A stretch of DNA of 64,000 nucleotides from an uncultured Hormoscilla sp. Lineage in GTDB: Bacteria > Cyanobacteriota > Cyanobacteriia > Cyanobacteriales > Desertifilaceae. A program made the position numbers and the translations under genes. The DNA lies in contig OZ001293.3 of assembly GCA_963921275.4 (NCBI GenBank), forward strand, positions 4,352,001-4,416,000. The letters run 5' to 3'. Every line of letters begins with the position of its first letter. Position 1 is the first letter of the stretch. Under the pieces are notes generated by a model. That model worked only from the letters and a program-made list of their open reading frames with translations, did no database searches and had not been told where the DNA came from. This document shows, in pieces, positions 23,601 through 35,420 of the stretch.

Positions 23601-24024
23601 CTAGCTATTAAGCATCAACGCACGATAACCAGCTTGAACAAAGTGGCGATCGGCGGTCACAGCATCTATCAAACCATTTGACTGCATAACAACGAAAGAA
23701 ATGCAGTCAGTCAGACCCCATGTTTTATCTGGACGAGCTTCCTACAGTTGTAAAGCACGGGTTAAAAGCAGCGTAGCGTGTATCCACACTGACAACACGG
23801 ATATTTGCTGTCTGATAACATTGTTGGATAAACTGAACTGCTGCCACGCGGTTAACTGCACTAAGAGCATTGCCAATTTCTGCGAACACTGCTTCAGTTA
23901 CCCATACCTCAGCAGCAGCTTGTACACGCGGTAGCAATGCTACTGCTTGAGAGTGATACTGATCGCGTTGGTTGAACAAAGCTTGGACAAAAACTGTATC
24001 TAGCAGTAGACGATCTATATTCAT
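23601..24024 (-). pseudogene. VapC-like PIN-domain toxin, frameshifted
   Basis: LLLDTVFVQAL...DQYHSQA...VTEAVFAE; C-terminal WGLTDCISFVVM...TADRHFVQAG in another frame. Confidence 0.75.
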
Positions 24025-24259
24025 GGGCTATAATGCTTCGGTGTACCATACAAATAATGGTCATGCTCCATCGACCAATCTGGTGGTGCTTCAACAGTTC
24101 CAGCAAAAGCCTTTAGTACATCTCAAGCATCCCCTGTACTCTCAGATTCAGTAGAGATCGTATCGGACATAACGCTTGCCAAGTTGCATATCCAGTAGCG
24201 TAGCGTGTATCTGGCTGTAGCACCTGACCGTCAAATACAGCCGTAACTATTTTGCTCAT
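24021..24259 (-). pseudogene. Cognate antitoxin, disrupted
   Basis: MSKIVTAVFDGQVLQPD start and APPDWSMEHDHYLYG end, directly upstream of the PIN gene; TAGCGTAGCGTG insert at about 24196. Confidence 0.55.
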
Positions 24260-24299
24260 CGCTTTATCTTTTCTCCATGTTAACCATTTTGCTTAATTA

Positions 24300-24945
24300 G
24301 ATCATAACAGTAGTAAACAGAATTACGTTCTGTCATCGCTACAACTAAAGCTTCGTAAGCCGACCAATTTTGTTTGATTCAAGTGCAGGCTAGCAGCCGA
24401 TCGCTCCTTCCTAGCACATTCTTTCAAAGTCCAGCTGTTCCGTCCAAATGCTTCTCAATTTTTGTAAGTCATCTGCTCCCCCTTCGGCATTACTATATAC
24501 TAGGGTTTCCGCTACGCCCCCTGCCATCCACACAGCACAATAGCGATCGAACAACTGGGCCGATAATTTCCCCACCTCGATCTGTGATGCCAATTCTGCA
24601 TCACAGATCGAGACACCGCCAACACCTGGTTGTCCTTGCTGAAAAGCTTCCCAGGGACTGAGAGTATAGCCAGTAATAGGAATTTCCAATAGGTAAGCAA
24701 CCAGGAAATGTCCCCCTTCGTGCCGCACCATCCGATCGCGATGTTCCGGTGATCAATTAGCTAGTAAACCCAGTACCAGAGTGCCACCTTTCCCCCCAAC
24801 AGCGTCAAAACCGCGAACGGCTGCGCCGGCGCGTGCTGCGCAATCGCGGGCACTGCTGGCGGCCAATTAATCGCCGGTCCCAGCAGAACCGACATAGTCA
24901 TCAGAAAAACAGAAATGGCAATTCAATTCAGGGCAGTTTTATTCA
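24300..24945 (-). pseudogene. ATP-dependent Zn protease-like (M41-like) membrane protein, fragmented
   Basis: VRHEGGHFLVAYLL, WMAGGVAE, GGADDL; N-terminus has stops and a repeat insertion at about 24815-24845. Confidence 0.75.
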
Positions 24946-25007
24946 TTTTTTATTGCTAATGGTTCATTGCTAATTGCTAATTGCTCTTGAACTGACAACT
25001 GACAACT

Positions 25008-25844
25008 CTATTTTTTGCGAGCCTTATAAAATGTTTCTAAGCTATGCCGATCGCCCGTAAACCGCCAATGCCAAGGTTCATAACTCACGCCTTGGGGATT
25101 ATTGCGTGGGAAAGACAGCTCAAAACTAAAATAAGCAGCATTAGCCTGAAGCCACTTAAAAGCAGCTGTACGTTCAAAGTTAGGACTCAGGTGAGTTGCT
25201 GGGACATTACCATCTCCAATATCGACAGCATAACCCGTGTGATGTTCGCTGTAGCCAGGAGGCGCACTAACTTCCGATCGCTCAGTTGACACCTGTCCCC
25301 GCTGTGCCTTAATCTGAAAAAATAAATACTCCTGGTCGGCGAGGGAGCGAAAACCAGAAATTGGCACCAGGTTAACCCCTTCCATCCGCGCCGCATCGAC
25401 CATCGCCAGAAACTCTGCCGCCGCAGCTTTGCGCAGCTTCAAGCTGCCATCTGCTACGATCGGGGCAAGTTCCGATCCTGTTGCTTCGGAATAGGGAAAA
25501 TGTCCTAGCAACGCATCTGTTGCTGGAGTGGTAGTTTTCGCAGGTGATATCATTGCTGTGGTCACCGATGACTTGGTCTCTGCTCGCCTCTGCGGGACTG
25601 CGCTCGTTGCTTCTGGGACAACTTCGAGTAATTGTACCTGTGAAGCTTGCCAGGTAAACCAGGAAATAGAACCAACTGCGATCGCCATCACTCCCACCAA
25701 GCTACCAATAATTACTATCCCCAAGGTCGAGGGATCCCGCCTGTTTTGGGGTTCTCTAGACAGAATAGCATCCCGTAACGCTTCGGGAATATCATCAACA
25801 GTTGAAATCTCTAGGGGTTCTTCATACAGACCAGCGTTATGCAT
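25008..25844 (-). CDS. D-alanyl-D-alanine carboxypeptidase (VanY/M15B)
   Basis: SGFRS, SAPPGYSEHHTGYAVD, YEPWHWRF; N-terminal TM helix. Confidence 0.92.
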   Translation of the reverse strand: MHNAGLYEEPLEISTVDDIPEALRDAILSREPQNRRDPSTLGIVIIGSLVGVMAIAVGSISWFTWQASQVQLLEVVPEATSAVPQRRAETKSSVTTAMISPAKTTTPATDALLGHFPYSEATGSELAPIVADGSLKLRKAAAAEFLAMVDAARMEGVNLVPISGFRSLADQEYLFFQIKAQRGQVSTERSEVSAPPGYSEHHTGYAVDIGDGNVPATHLSPNFERTAAFKWLQANAAYFSFELSFPRNNPQGVSYEPWHWRFTGDRHSLETFYKARKK

Positions 25845-25961
25845 GCCCAGTCACTCCCAAACTCTCTTGTCAGCACTTTAGTTTACAGGCATTTTACTTG
25901 ACTTTGGGCATTTTTCAGTAGCGTAGTGCCTAGGACAGGCGATCCGCCCGTCCTACGTAAT

Positions 25962-26186
25962 CTATGGGGTCTTTTGCAGTTCTGGTCTTTCTTCTGGGAC
26001 GATCGCCCCTTGCACTGGGCATACTTTTATACAGATGCCACAGTCTATACATTTAGGGAAATCTATGAAGTACCAGTCAGTACCCTTAGCATTTTTGCCA
26101 GGACCTGGATGAATGCAAGCGACTGGACAGGCATCGACACAATCTGCTACGCCTTCGCAGGTATTAGTAACAATCGTGTGTGGCAC
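25962..26186 (-). CDS. 4Fe-4S dicluster ferredoxin
   Basis: CEGVADCVDACP and CIDCGICIKVCP. Confidence 0.92.
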   Translation of the reverse strand: MPHTIVTNTCEGVADCVDACPVACIHPGPGKNAKGTDWYFIDFPKCIDCGICIKVCPVQGAIVPEERPELQKTP

Positions 26187-26199
26187 TCAATTTCATCTC

Positions 26200-27426
26200 C
26201 TAATTTTGACATTCGATTAGCTGTTCTATTTCCGTCGTACCATCTCCTTGCACCCAAGCAATGAGGCCGATGCGGCGGTTTTGGGCTACCTGCCGCACTA
26301 ATTCGGGCGTCTTTGGAGTTTCCAGTTCCACTTCTACGCAAACATTATTTGTTTCTCTGAGTTGCTGGGCGTAGGCAAAAGCCGCCCCATAGGCTTGGGC
26401 TGTCACTGGCACCACTAACCAGTCACTAGCGGATATTTCCTTGGGTAACTGACCCCCTGATTGCAGAACTTGATGTAAATCTTCGATTTTGAGACTGAAC
26501 CCTATACCTGGGTATGTTTCTCCTTGAGGGTGATATAAACCCAAAAGCTGGTCGTAGCGCCCCCCTTCTCCCAACACTCGCCCCCCTTGTTCGCCGACTA
26601 CTTCAAATACGATGCCCGTGTAGTAGTTGAAGGTTTGAATCAAACTCAGGTCGAGGATTACAGACAAATCTTGGTTTAGGAGGCGACTGTCTGCTAGCAG
26701 TTCCACCAGGGATTTAAGATTATTGAGGGTCTCATGTTGGGCTAAATCTAAATCCAGATTCCCCACCAGTTGCAGCACGTCAGCTGGGCGTCCTCGCAAG
26801 TCGAATAGCAGCAACGCCCGCTCGCGCAGTTCTGCAGATAGGCACGAGCTTTCCAAGGTCGTGCGATCCAGGTGGGCGATCGCCCACCGCACCTTTTCTT
26901 GTAATGGCATCGGGAAGACCGAAAGCAGCGATCGGGTTAATCGGGCCTCTCCTAAGATTAAATGCCACTTACCCAGAGGCAGTTGATGCAAGCAATCGCA
27001 GAGCAAGAGCATTATTTCTGCATCTGCGGCCAAACCCCCTGCACCCAGCAGTTCCACTCCCGCTTGGTAGAACTCTTGCTGCCCTCCGTGAATCCCCTGC
27101 CCAGAGCGACGGAACACATTCCCATTGTAGTAGAGGCGCTGAGGATAACCGCTCATGCGGGTCGCCGCCGCCCGGGCTATTGACGCCGTCAACTCCGGGC
27201 GCAGTCCCAGTCCCGACTCCTCCTCTGTATTCTCTACTTGAATCACCGTTTCCCGGTCGATCGCCCCACCTGCCATCAGCGTATCCAACCGTTCCAGAGT
27301 TGAAGTAATAATTTGATGATAGCCCCAGCGATGAAACACCTGCTCTAAGCTGTGTTCCAGCCAGCGTTTCTGGGCTACATCCAGAGGTAGTAAATCTCTT
27401 GCACCTGGGGGAGATTGATAAACCAT
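26200..27426 (-). CDS. hisZ: ATP phosphoribosyltransferase regulatory subunit
   Basis: PPGARDLLP, LRPELTASIAR, EFYQAGVEL, YYTGIVF, GGRYD. Confidence 0.92.
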   Translation of the reverse strand: MVYQSPPGARDLLPLDVAQKRWLEHSLEQVFHRWGYHQIITSTLERLDTLMAGGAIDRETVIQVENTEEESGLGLRPELTASIARAAATRMSGYPQRLYYNGNVFRRSGQGIHGGQQEFYQAGVELLGAGGLAADAEIMLLLCDCLHQLPLGKWHLILGEARLTRSLLSVFPMPLQEKVRWAIAHLDRTTLESSCLSAELRERALLLFDLRGRPADVLQLVGNLDLDLAQHETLNNLKSLVELLADSRLLNQDLSVILDLSLIQTFNYYTGIVFEVVGEQGGRVLGEGGRYDQLLGLYHPQGETYPGIGFSLKIEDLHQVLQSGGQLPKEISASDWLVVPVTAQAYGAAFAYAQQLRETNNVCVEVELETPKTPELVRQVAQNRRIGLIAWVQGDGTTEIEQLIECQN

Positions 27427-28382
27427 TATTTTTTCTTGCTACCGCCGCCGCCAATTTTAATCCCAAATATGGTGATGCCGCTACCATCGGACCCAGCTTT
27501 TTTCCCCGACATCCCTGAGGACTTGGCCGCTGCCGCTTTTTTCGGGCAGGCCAGGGATTTCTCCAAATTTTTCTTAGCTGCCAATGCCTTTTCATCTTTG
27601 GGATTCAATTCCAAAGCCTTATTTATATGCACCTTAGCCATCGTGCTTTGCTCTTGCTGCAAGTAAATCTCTCCCAATAGACTGTGGCACTTGCTGTTAG
27701 TTTGTTCCAGCTTCAGCCCATCCCGCAATTCGAGAATTGCTCCGAGCCGATTTTCCTTTTCCACCAACTCTTCTGCTCGCCGGTAATAGTTCTCCACTGG
27801 GTATTTTTTCTGCTGTTTTTTTTGCTTTTCTGTTTCCTTTCCCGCCGGTGCTTGACTTGCTGGACCTGCTCCTGGCTGTTTGGGCTTGGGTGCTGCCTCA
27901 TTGCTCTGAACCCGCATCAGGTAGACTAAATTCAGTTCGCTGATTTCCCCAATCATATGGAGGGTGCGATCGAGAGATTCATACTGCTGTGAAGCTAGCT
28001 GTTCCAGGGCTTTTTTGTAAGTCGGTTCTATCTCCCTTGCCTGGGCTAGTTGCCGTGCTTTATCACTCTGAACTTGATCGATCATTTGTGGTTGCTGCAT
28101 CGCCCGCTGCCCCTTCAGTCGCAGCATTATAGCATGTTCTGCCCGTTCCTTTTCCTGAAATAGTTTTTCGTATGCTGGATTAACTAGCTTCGATAATATA
28201 TCATTTGCCAGTTTTTTTTCCGCTTCACTGTGGATGGCGCTGCTGTCGGGATGCAGTTTTTTGACGATCTTCATATATCGCTTGCGGATATCTTTATTTT
28301 CTGCGTCCACTGGCACCCCTAAGATTGCGTGATAGTCAGTAAAATCTGTTTTAAACAGCCCTTTTTGTATTAGGAAAGACAT
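27426..28382 (-). CDS. J-domain (DnaJ-type) protein with C-terminal TPR
   Basis: DYHAILGV...KKLHPD, VNPAYEKL; TPR-like HINKALELNP. Confidence 0.85.
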   Translation of the reverse strand: MSFLIQKGLFKTDFTDYHAILGVPVDAENKDIRKRYMKIVKKLHPDSSAIHSEAEKKLANDILSKLVNPAYEKLFQEKERAEHAIMLRLKGQRAMQQPQMIDQVQSDKARQLAQAREIEPTYKKALEQLASQQYESLDRTLHMIGEISELNLVYLMRVQSNEAAPKPKQPGAGPASQAPAGKETEKQKKQQKKYPVENYYRRAEELVEKENRLGAILELRDGLKLEQTNSKCHSLLGEIYLQQEQSTMAKVHINKALELNPKDEKALAAKKNLEKSLACPKKAAAAKSSGMSGKKAGSDGSGITIFGIKIGGGGSKKK

Positions 28383-28435
28383 ATGCTGTGGTCCCCCCAC
28401 TTCCTTCTTGTTGATTATTCTAGTTTATTTCGCCC

Positions 28436-29263
28436 TTACTTGGATTTGCTAAAGCTTGGCGATCGCGGCACTTGCAACAGCTCTCTACTCATGCTAGCAT
28501 GCAGCAGGCCGTTGCTTGCCAGGATCCGTCCCGAGTCCAGCTGTAAAGGGCTACCGTCGTATGCTGTTACCTTACCCCCTGCTTCGGAGACTATAACAAC
28601 ACCAGCAGCTATGTCCCAGGGAAAAAGTCCCCGTTCCCAGTATCCATCCAGGCGTCCGCAGGCCACGTGCGCTAGATCGATCGATGCTGAACCGCTGCGC
28701 CGCACCCCCTGAGTCAGATGGGTGAAGTGACAAAACTCTGCGTAGTTATTATCTGCGGTGGTGCGGCGGTCGTAGGCAAAGCCCGTTACCAGTAGACTCT
28801 TACTCAAGTCATTCGAGGTGGAAACCCGGAGGGGACTGCGGTTGCAAGTTGCTCCCAGACCTCTGGCGGCCCGAAACAGTTCTTGATGGAAAGGGTCAAA
28901 AATCGCTCCTACCTGGGGGTAACCATCTATCAATAATCCTACTGATGTTGAGAAAAAGGGATATTGATGGGCGTAATTGGTGGTGCCATCCAGGGGGTCA
29001 ATCGCCCAAAGATATTTGCTGGTGGCCTCTCCCAGCTTACCTGATTCTTCAGCCAGGATAGCGTGTTGGGGAAAATGACGCTGCACGACTTTCAGGATAA
29101 CGGCTTCAGCTGCTTTATCTGCTTCGGTCACCAAATCCCCAGGACGGCCCTTTTCTTCTATCGAAGCTAACTTCCCCCAGTAGGCTTGCAAAACTGCCCC
29201 CCCTGCTAGGGCCGCTTCTGTGGCAATGTCTAGGAAAATTTGTAATTGGTCGTCATTAGTCAT
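28436..29263 (-). CDS. suhB: Inositol monophosphatase family protein
   Basis: DLVTEAD, ILAEE, WAIDPLDGTTNY, PWDIAAG. Confidence 0.9.
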   Translation of the reverse strand: MTNDDQLQIFLDIATEAALAGGAVLQAYWGKLASIEEKGRPGDLVTEADKAAEAVILKVVQRHFPQHAILAEESGKLGEATSKYLWAIDPLDGTTNYAHQYPFFSTSVGLLIDGYPQVGAIFDPFHQELFRAARGLGATCNRSPLRVSTSNDLSKSLLVTGFAYDRRTTADNNYAEFCHFTHLTQGVRRSGSASIDLAHVACGRLDGYWERGLFPWDIAAGVVIVSEAGGKVTAYDGSPLQLDSGRILASNGLLHASMSRELLQVPRSPSFSKSK

Positions 29264-29412
29264 TAGTTGTTAGTTGTTAGTTGTTAGTTGTTAGTTGTTA
29301 GTTGTTAGTTGTTAGTTGTTAGTTGTGGCTTGGAACTTTGAGCGCTGACCGCTGACCACTGACCGCTGACCACTGACCGCTGACCACTGACCACTAACCA
29401 CTGACCACTGAT
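29256..29412. repeat. Heptameric short tandem repeats (STRR-type): (TAGTTGT)n and (CTGACCA/G)n
   Basis: Read directly. Similar runs at 24950-25007 and 42911-42930. Confidence 0.9.
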
Positions 29413-29956
29413 CGCTGATCGCGAAAGAGCGATTTTGACTGCGAAATTCTGTGGGAGTAATGCCCATGGGTTGTTCCGGGTACCAAATGCCAACGCCCAT
29501 TATTCTGGCCCAGGCTTGGGCGTTGGCGAGGCGCTGGTCGTACTTGGTGTTGGGCGATCGGGGTTTTGCCAGAGCATATCCTCGTTTTACCATCTCCTCG
29601 TTGAGTAACGAGTCCCGAGCCCAAATATAGCCCAGTTGCCGCTGATACTGGTCGCGTTTTTCCACATCCAACTCTAATAATACCGATCGATCGCCGAGCA
29701 GTTGTGCCAGTTGCTGTCTTGCTTCTATACCCCAAGGCTGTTGTCTCATATCCGGTGCCTCGATGCCAATCAGTCGCACTCGCCTGGGGTCTGCTGTTGG
29801 AGTGCTGGCACTTACCACCTCGATCGTCTGACCGCTGACCACTTGCTTGACGAGTAGCATCTGTCCTTGGGGCGTTGCTGACCCAAAACAGCTTGTCAGC
29901 AACAGCAAGCAGCACAGCATCGGACCTATGATAGTCTTGGGTAAATTAGTTTTCAT
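29312..29956 (-). CDS. Thermonuclease (SNase) family lipoprotein
   Basis: VVSGQTIEV, RVRLIGIEAPD, RDQYQRQLGY, LNEEMVKRGYA; C-terminus runs into STRR repeats. Confidence 0.85.
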   Translation of the reverse strand: MKTNLPKTIIGPMLCCLLLLTSCFGSATPQGQMLLVKQVVSGQTIEVVSASTPTADPRRVRLIGIEAPDMRQQPWGIEARQQLAQLLGDRSVLLELDVEKRDQYQRQLGYIWARDSLLNEEMVKRGYALAKPRSPNTKYDQRLANAQAWARIMGVGIWYPEQPMGITPTEFRSQNRSFAISDQWSVVSGQWSAVSGQRSVVSGQRSKFQATTNN

Positions 29957-30314
29957 CCAGTGGCAATCCGAATCTGATTTTTCCTTTCCCGAAATAGCGG
30001 CCAAATTGGAGTTCGTAGACTTCATCGTCGTCTTGAGTCTCTGCCTCCAGGTCCGAACGGGCATAGCTGACGCACAGTAAAGCATAGCCTTTTTTTTTCA
30101 ATTCTGGAGAAAGTCCCATTGCTTCTGGCTGATACAGTTCGCCCGATCTTACCCTGACTGCACAGGTGGTGCAAGCGCCATTCCGGCAGGAAAAGGGCAA
30201 CTCTACTCCCTGGTTTTCGGCGCTATGGAGGATATACCGGTCTTCTGGTACTTGGACTGTGTGTAATTTTCCTTTCGCGCGATCGTGTATTTTGATTGTA
30301 TGACTGCGAGGCAT
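29946..30314 (-). CDS. 2Fe-2S ferredoxin
   Basis: LPFSCRNGACTTC...LLCV. Confidence 0.92.
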   Translation of the reverse strand: MPRSHTIKIHDRAKGKLHTVQVPEDRYILHSAENQGVELPFSCRNGACTTCAVRVRSGELYQPEAMGLSPELKKKGYALLCVSYARSDLEAETQDDDEVYELQFGRYFGKGKIRFGLPLDEN

Positions 30315-30794
30315 AATATCCATAGCAATATTGCTCATCTCTGCATTTTATACCATACTCCTATCTGGCTGCACCAATCTGGATTTCCCGATGCCGATGT
30401 ATACACCGATACATTGGACGATATTGTACCAGTGACCAGTTATCAGCTATCGGCTACCACAACCCTTGACCCGCGCGATCGCTGCACTTTTGAGCTGTAC
30501 CCCCTGGCAATGTTAATTTTTATGTACAAAAGTCACAGCATATTAATATAATAATTTCTATGACAATCTTGGCGCAGTCCAAGAGAAGAAGGAACATCGA
30601 GTCCGTGGGTGCTTGAATTCACAACAGCCTTTGCCAGTGGTGCTACACTTACTACCACGACATTGCCAGGACCCAGGGAATGCGCTGCGCGCACGCTACG
30701 CGAATGGCTACGCCACGCTGCGCGAACGGAAAATGAGCAAGATATTCTCCAACTCTTACTCCTCACTCGCACATGGCTGCGCCACGCTACGCGA

Positions 30795-31152
30795 TCTGAC
30801 CTTTCCTGCTAACTCCTCAAACGCTTACTCCATCTAGCATAGGATCATTTCAGGGTAGGGTTCAGAAGGTCACTTCGGTGTTTGGAGATACAAAGTTGCT
30901 TAAAAGAGCTTATGAATTTTTCGCTCTTCACAAAGTGACATTTAATTCACTGACACAACCTCAGATAATTACTCAAGAATGTAATACGTTACCTGTGATT
31001 TTATCGGTAGGTGACATTACCTATCTTGACTATAAAGCAATAAGAGCAAAAACGGAATGGCTATGGCTGCGCCACGCTACGCGATCAGACCGATTGCGAA
31101 TGGTGGTCAAGGACTCATATTACATACTAGCATAGCTGTTGAGCCCACAGAC
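30795..31152 (+). pseudogene. IS4/IS50-like transposase N-terminal remnant, host of the outer intron
   Basis: KRAYEFF, ILSVGDITYLDY, GQGLILHTSIAVEP. Confidence 0.65.
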
Positions 31153-32457
<1,305 letters not shown>

Positions 32458-32836
32458 TCAACCAATACTCTGATCTTCCAGAAAATCAGACTTGCAATCA
32501 GATAATATCCATTCTTTTTTCGATAAAATAACGAAAGAGAAAACAAGTCCTTTGAGAGAATCGACTTGACGCTTTAAAATCACGACTCGATTGATAACAG
32601 ATATCGCGATAGGAGTCCCAGTTATCGGAATTGTTGCTGGAAAAATCTGCGATCGCATCTAGCTGCGGTTCCAGCATTCCTTCCTCGCAGATAAACCCTT
32701 CTATCCCAATAACGGCTAGATTATTTTGATAACAGTCGGCAATCAAATTAAAAGCTTGTGGTAGAGATAGATAAAGTTCGCCACCTCGGACAAAGCCAGT
32801 AATATTTTTTAATATCAAGTCTGGATAATTACTCAC
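32458..32836 (-). pseudogene. Small acidic protein resembling orphan toxin-immunity proteins, probably frameshifted near 32575
   Basis: RGGELYL...LIADC..NNLAVIGIEGF...IADFS pattern; a plausible C-terminus (GLVFSFVI) lies in another frame. Confidence 0.35.
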
Positions 32837-32948
32837 AATTAATAACTTCGGGCTTTCATCATCTAGAGTGGAACGCGATACTCAAAGTTGGGTTTCGTCT
32901 CTCAACCAAACCTACAGATGGTATCCTACAGATGGTATTATTTGCGAT

Positions 32949-33548
32949 TTATTTTAGCATATTTAACTCGATAAATTCAACCACCGCTGGCAGTCCTTCC
33001 TGAGTTTTCAAGTTGGTGAATACGAAGGGTTTGTCCCCGCGCATTTTTTTCGCATCCCGTTCCATTATACCTAAATCTGCGCCTACTTGGGGGGCGAGGT
33101 CAATTTTGTTAATCACCAGCAAATCAGATTTGCTAATTCCTGGTCCCCCTTTGCGCGGTATTTTATCTCCCGCCGCGACGTCTATTACATATATTGTTAA
33201 ATCTACCAGTTCCGGGCTGAAGGTTGCTGCTAGGTTGTCCCCCCCACTCTCGACCAACATTAAGTTCAAGTCGGGAAATTGGCTCTCCATTTCTTCTATT
33301 GCTACTATATTTATGGAAGCGTCCTCGCGAATGGCCGTATGGGGACATCCCCCTGTTTCGACCCCCATTATTCTCTCACTCTCTAAGGCCTGCGAGCGCA
33401 CTAAAAATTGGGCATCTTCCTGGGTATAAATATCGTTGGTCACCACCGCAATTCTGTATCGATCGCGCATAATTTTACAAATTGCATCAACTAAGGCTGT
33501 TTTTCCCGAACCTACTGGTCCGGCAATTCCGACTCGCAAAGCATTCAT
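32949..33548 (-). CDS. ureG: Urease accessory GTPase UreG
   Basis: [38 protein letters not shown]. Confidence 0.97.
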   Translation of the reverse strand: MNALRVGIAGPVGSGKTALVDAICKIMRDRYRIAVVTNDIYTQEDAQFLVRSQALESERIMGVETGGCPHTAIREDASINIVAIEEMESQFPDLNLMLVESGGDNLAATFSPELVDLTIYVIDVAAGDKIPRKGGPGISKSDLLVINKIDLAPQVGADLGIMERDAKKMRGDKPFVFTNLKTQEGLPAVVEFIELNMLK

Positions 33549-33561
33549 GTTGATTAATAAT

Positions 33562-34236
33562 TTAACTTCTAAACAATCGCGTGTATTGTGTTTCATGAGC
33601 CATACTTGCTAGGCCCAGTCCCCAACTACAACTACAAAGGTCGTCATCTTCTAAGGATAAAATATTTTGAGTGGCATTGGCAATATCTGGATTTAAATCT
33701 AGCAGTAGCTTTTGCCCCCTAGTTTGACCCAAGGGTATAAGTTTAACTCCTGCCGTGACCAGATTAGTTGCCCAACTGTGTAAATAACCAAGTATAGCAT
33801 CGTAGGGGGGAATCTGCCAGTGATATGCTGCTATGCCAAAGGCGATCGGATAATAGCAGTCAGTCCCACAAGTATCCAGCAATGTCTTCAGTTCGGGTTG
33901 CATTTCTCGCAGCAACCGTGAAAGCGATCGCCCCATTTGCCAGCTTTGTTGGCGCAACTCTTCCGTTTCCTTTGCCGCCCCCACCCATGCATTCCAGTAA
34001 CTCAATGCCGATTTGTCGCCTTTCGCCGCCCCCCAAAGGGCCCGCACCATCACCGCCGCTTCTATAGGAATTGCCCCATAGCGCAATTCCCGTTGTAACC
34101 ATTGTCTCAGGCTTTCCCAGCAGGCGATGGCCCCAGTCTCAACTAGCACCTCCAGCCCCTCAGAATAGCTATAAGCACCTACTGGCAAGGCTGGACTAGC
34201 TAGCTGTAGTATGTACAATAGTTTGTCATTGGTCAT
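33562..34236 (-). CDS. ureF: Urease accessory protein UreF
   Basis: [20 protein letters not shown]...[13 protein letters not shown]. Confidence 0.95.
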   Translation of the reverse strand: MTNDKLLYILQLASPALPVGAYSYSEGLEVLVETGAIACWESLRQWLQRELRYGAIPIEAAVMVRALWGAAKGDKSALSYWNAWVGAAKETEELRQQSWQMGRSLSRLLREMQPELKTLLDTCGTDCYYPIAFGIAAYHWQIPPYDAILGYLHSWATNLVTAGVKLIPLGQTRGQKLLLDLNPDIANATQNILSLEDDDLCSCSWGLGLASMAHETQYTRLFRS

Positions 34237-34262
34237 TTTACCAAATTATCTTACTGTGGTTA

Positions 34263-34625
34263 CTATAGCAAGCCGTGCAGGAGTTGTGCAACTGAGCGAT
34301 TTTAATGAAAGCCATGGCAGACAATGATTTCAGCCGCGATCGCCCCCTGACTAAAATTTGCACAAATGATTTAGGTTCGCTATATAGCATCTAAAAAATA
34401 TTCCTACAGATGGATATTTCATAATTCACAGATGGGAGCTAGTTTCCCAATATCAAATCTCAAATCCGATCGCAGACCATAAAATTTAATATTTACTATA
34501 TAAATCAGCTATAAGGGACTTCCAAATAAAAAAATCACCAATACCGGAGAATGCAGGGAGCAGAGGGAGTAAAACAAGCAGGTCAACTCTTTAAATTGGA
34601 GAATTTATTTTTGGTAGTTCCCTAA
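34263..34625. repeat. Two adjacent MITE-like elements at the island boundary
   Basis: CTATAGC...GCTATATAG-bounded unit (about 34263-34387) and TAAGGGACTTCCAAATAAAAAA / TTTATTTTTGGTAGTTCCCTAA unit (about 34512-34625). Confidence 0.55.
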
Positions 34626-35420
34626 GCAAAAGCTAGAATAGATAAAAGTTGACTCCAGACCAGGCGCGATCCCGCGAAGCAATGAAAATCTCCATTCCGT
34701 ACCCGCCCCCCAACTGGCAACTGCATCGGACAGACGGGTCTCCTGGGTTTTGGGTGATAAGTAAATCTTATAATCACACAAAATAGAGAGTTTCAGCCTT
34801 TTTTATAGCAGCAAATTGTATAGCAAAATACATTTTTCACTATAAATCCAGAAGAACCGGACAGACAAGATGCCTGTTATACGAGCAAACACGGTTGTTT
34901 ACAATTTTTTCACAAAGGCTTGCTAAGACTAGATTAAGGGACAATCCATTCCTGATTACCCCAAGGTCTGTAGAAAAGAGATATGTATGACTACTATGCT
35001 TGTTACAGTTCCGGGCTATGAGGAAAGGCTTACAGCCTTTAGGAGCTCGCGAATTGCTCATGGTCGGTCGATCGGGCTCAAACCCGCTTCCAATAAGAGC
35101 AGTTCCCCAATCGCGTAGCGTGCAGCCATAGAACTTCGCACTGTCCAGAAAATAAATATAGGCAAATATCTTGGGAATATAGCGTTTCTCAAATTTATGT
35201 GGTACGACATGGTAGGACAAAATGCAGACAGGATATGGGTTTCAGCTCTCTTTTGTATACCACACTAATAAGAGCAACTGCTATAAGTATCTTTGGTGGG
35301 AGGAATAGCTGGATGCTCGAATTAATCTCAAAACTCTTAGGGAAATTTATTGCTCTGCTTCTACAAGCGGACGATCCTAGTGCTGGCGATTGCGCAGTAC
35401 GCGCCGGCGCAGCCGTTCGC

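Noticed and set aside
34840..35380. ORFs downstream of the TPR gene
   Set aside because: No recognisable motif; contains a micro-repeat and is probably degraded sequence
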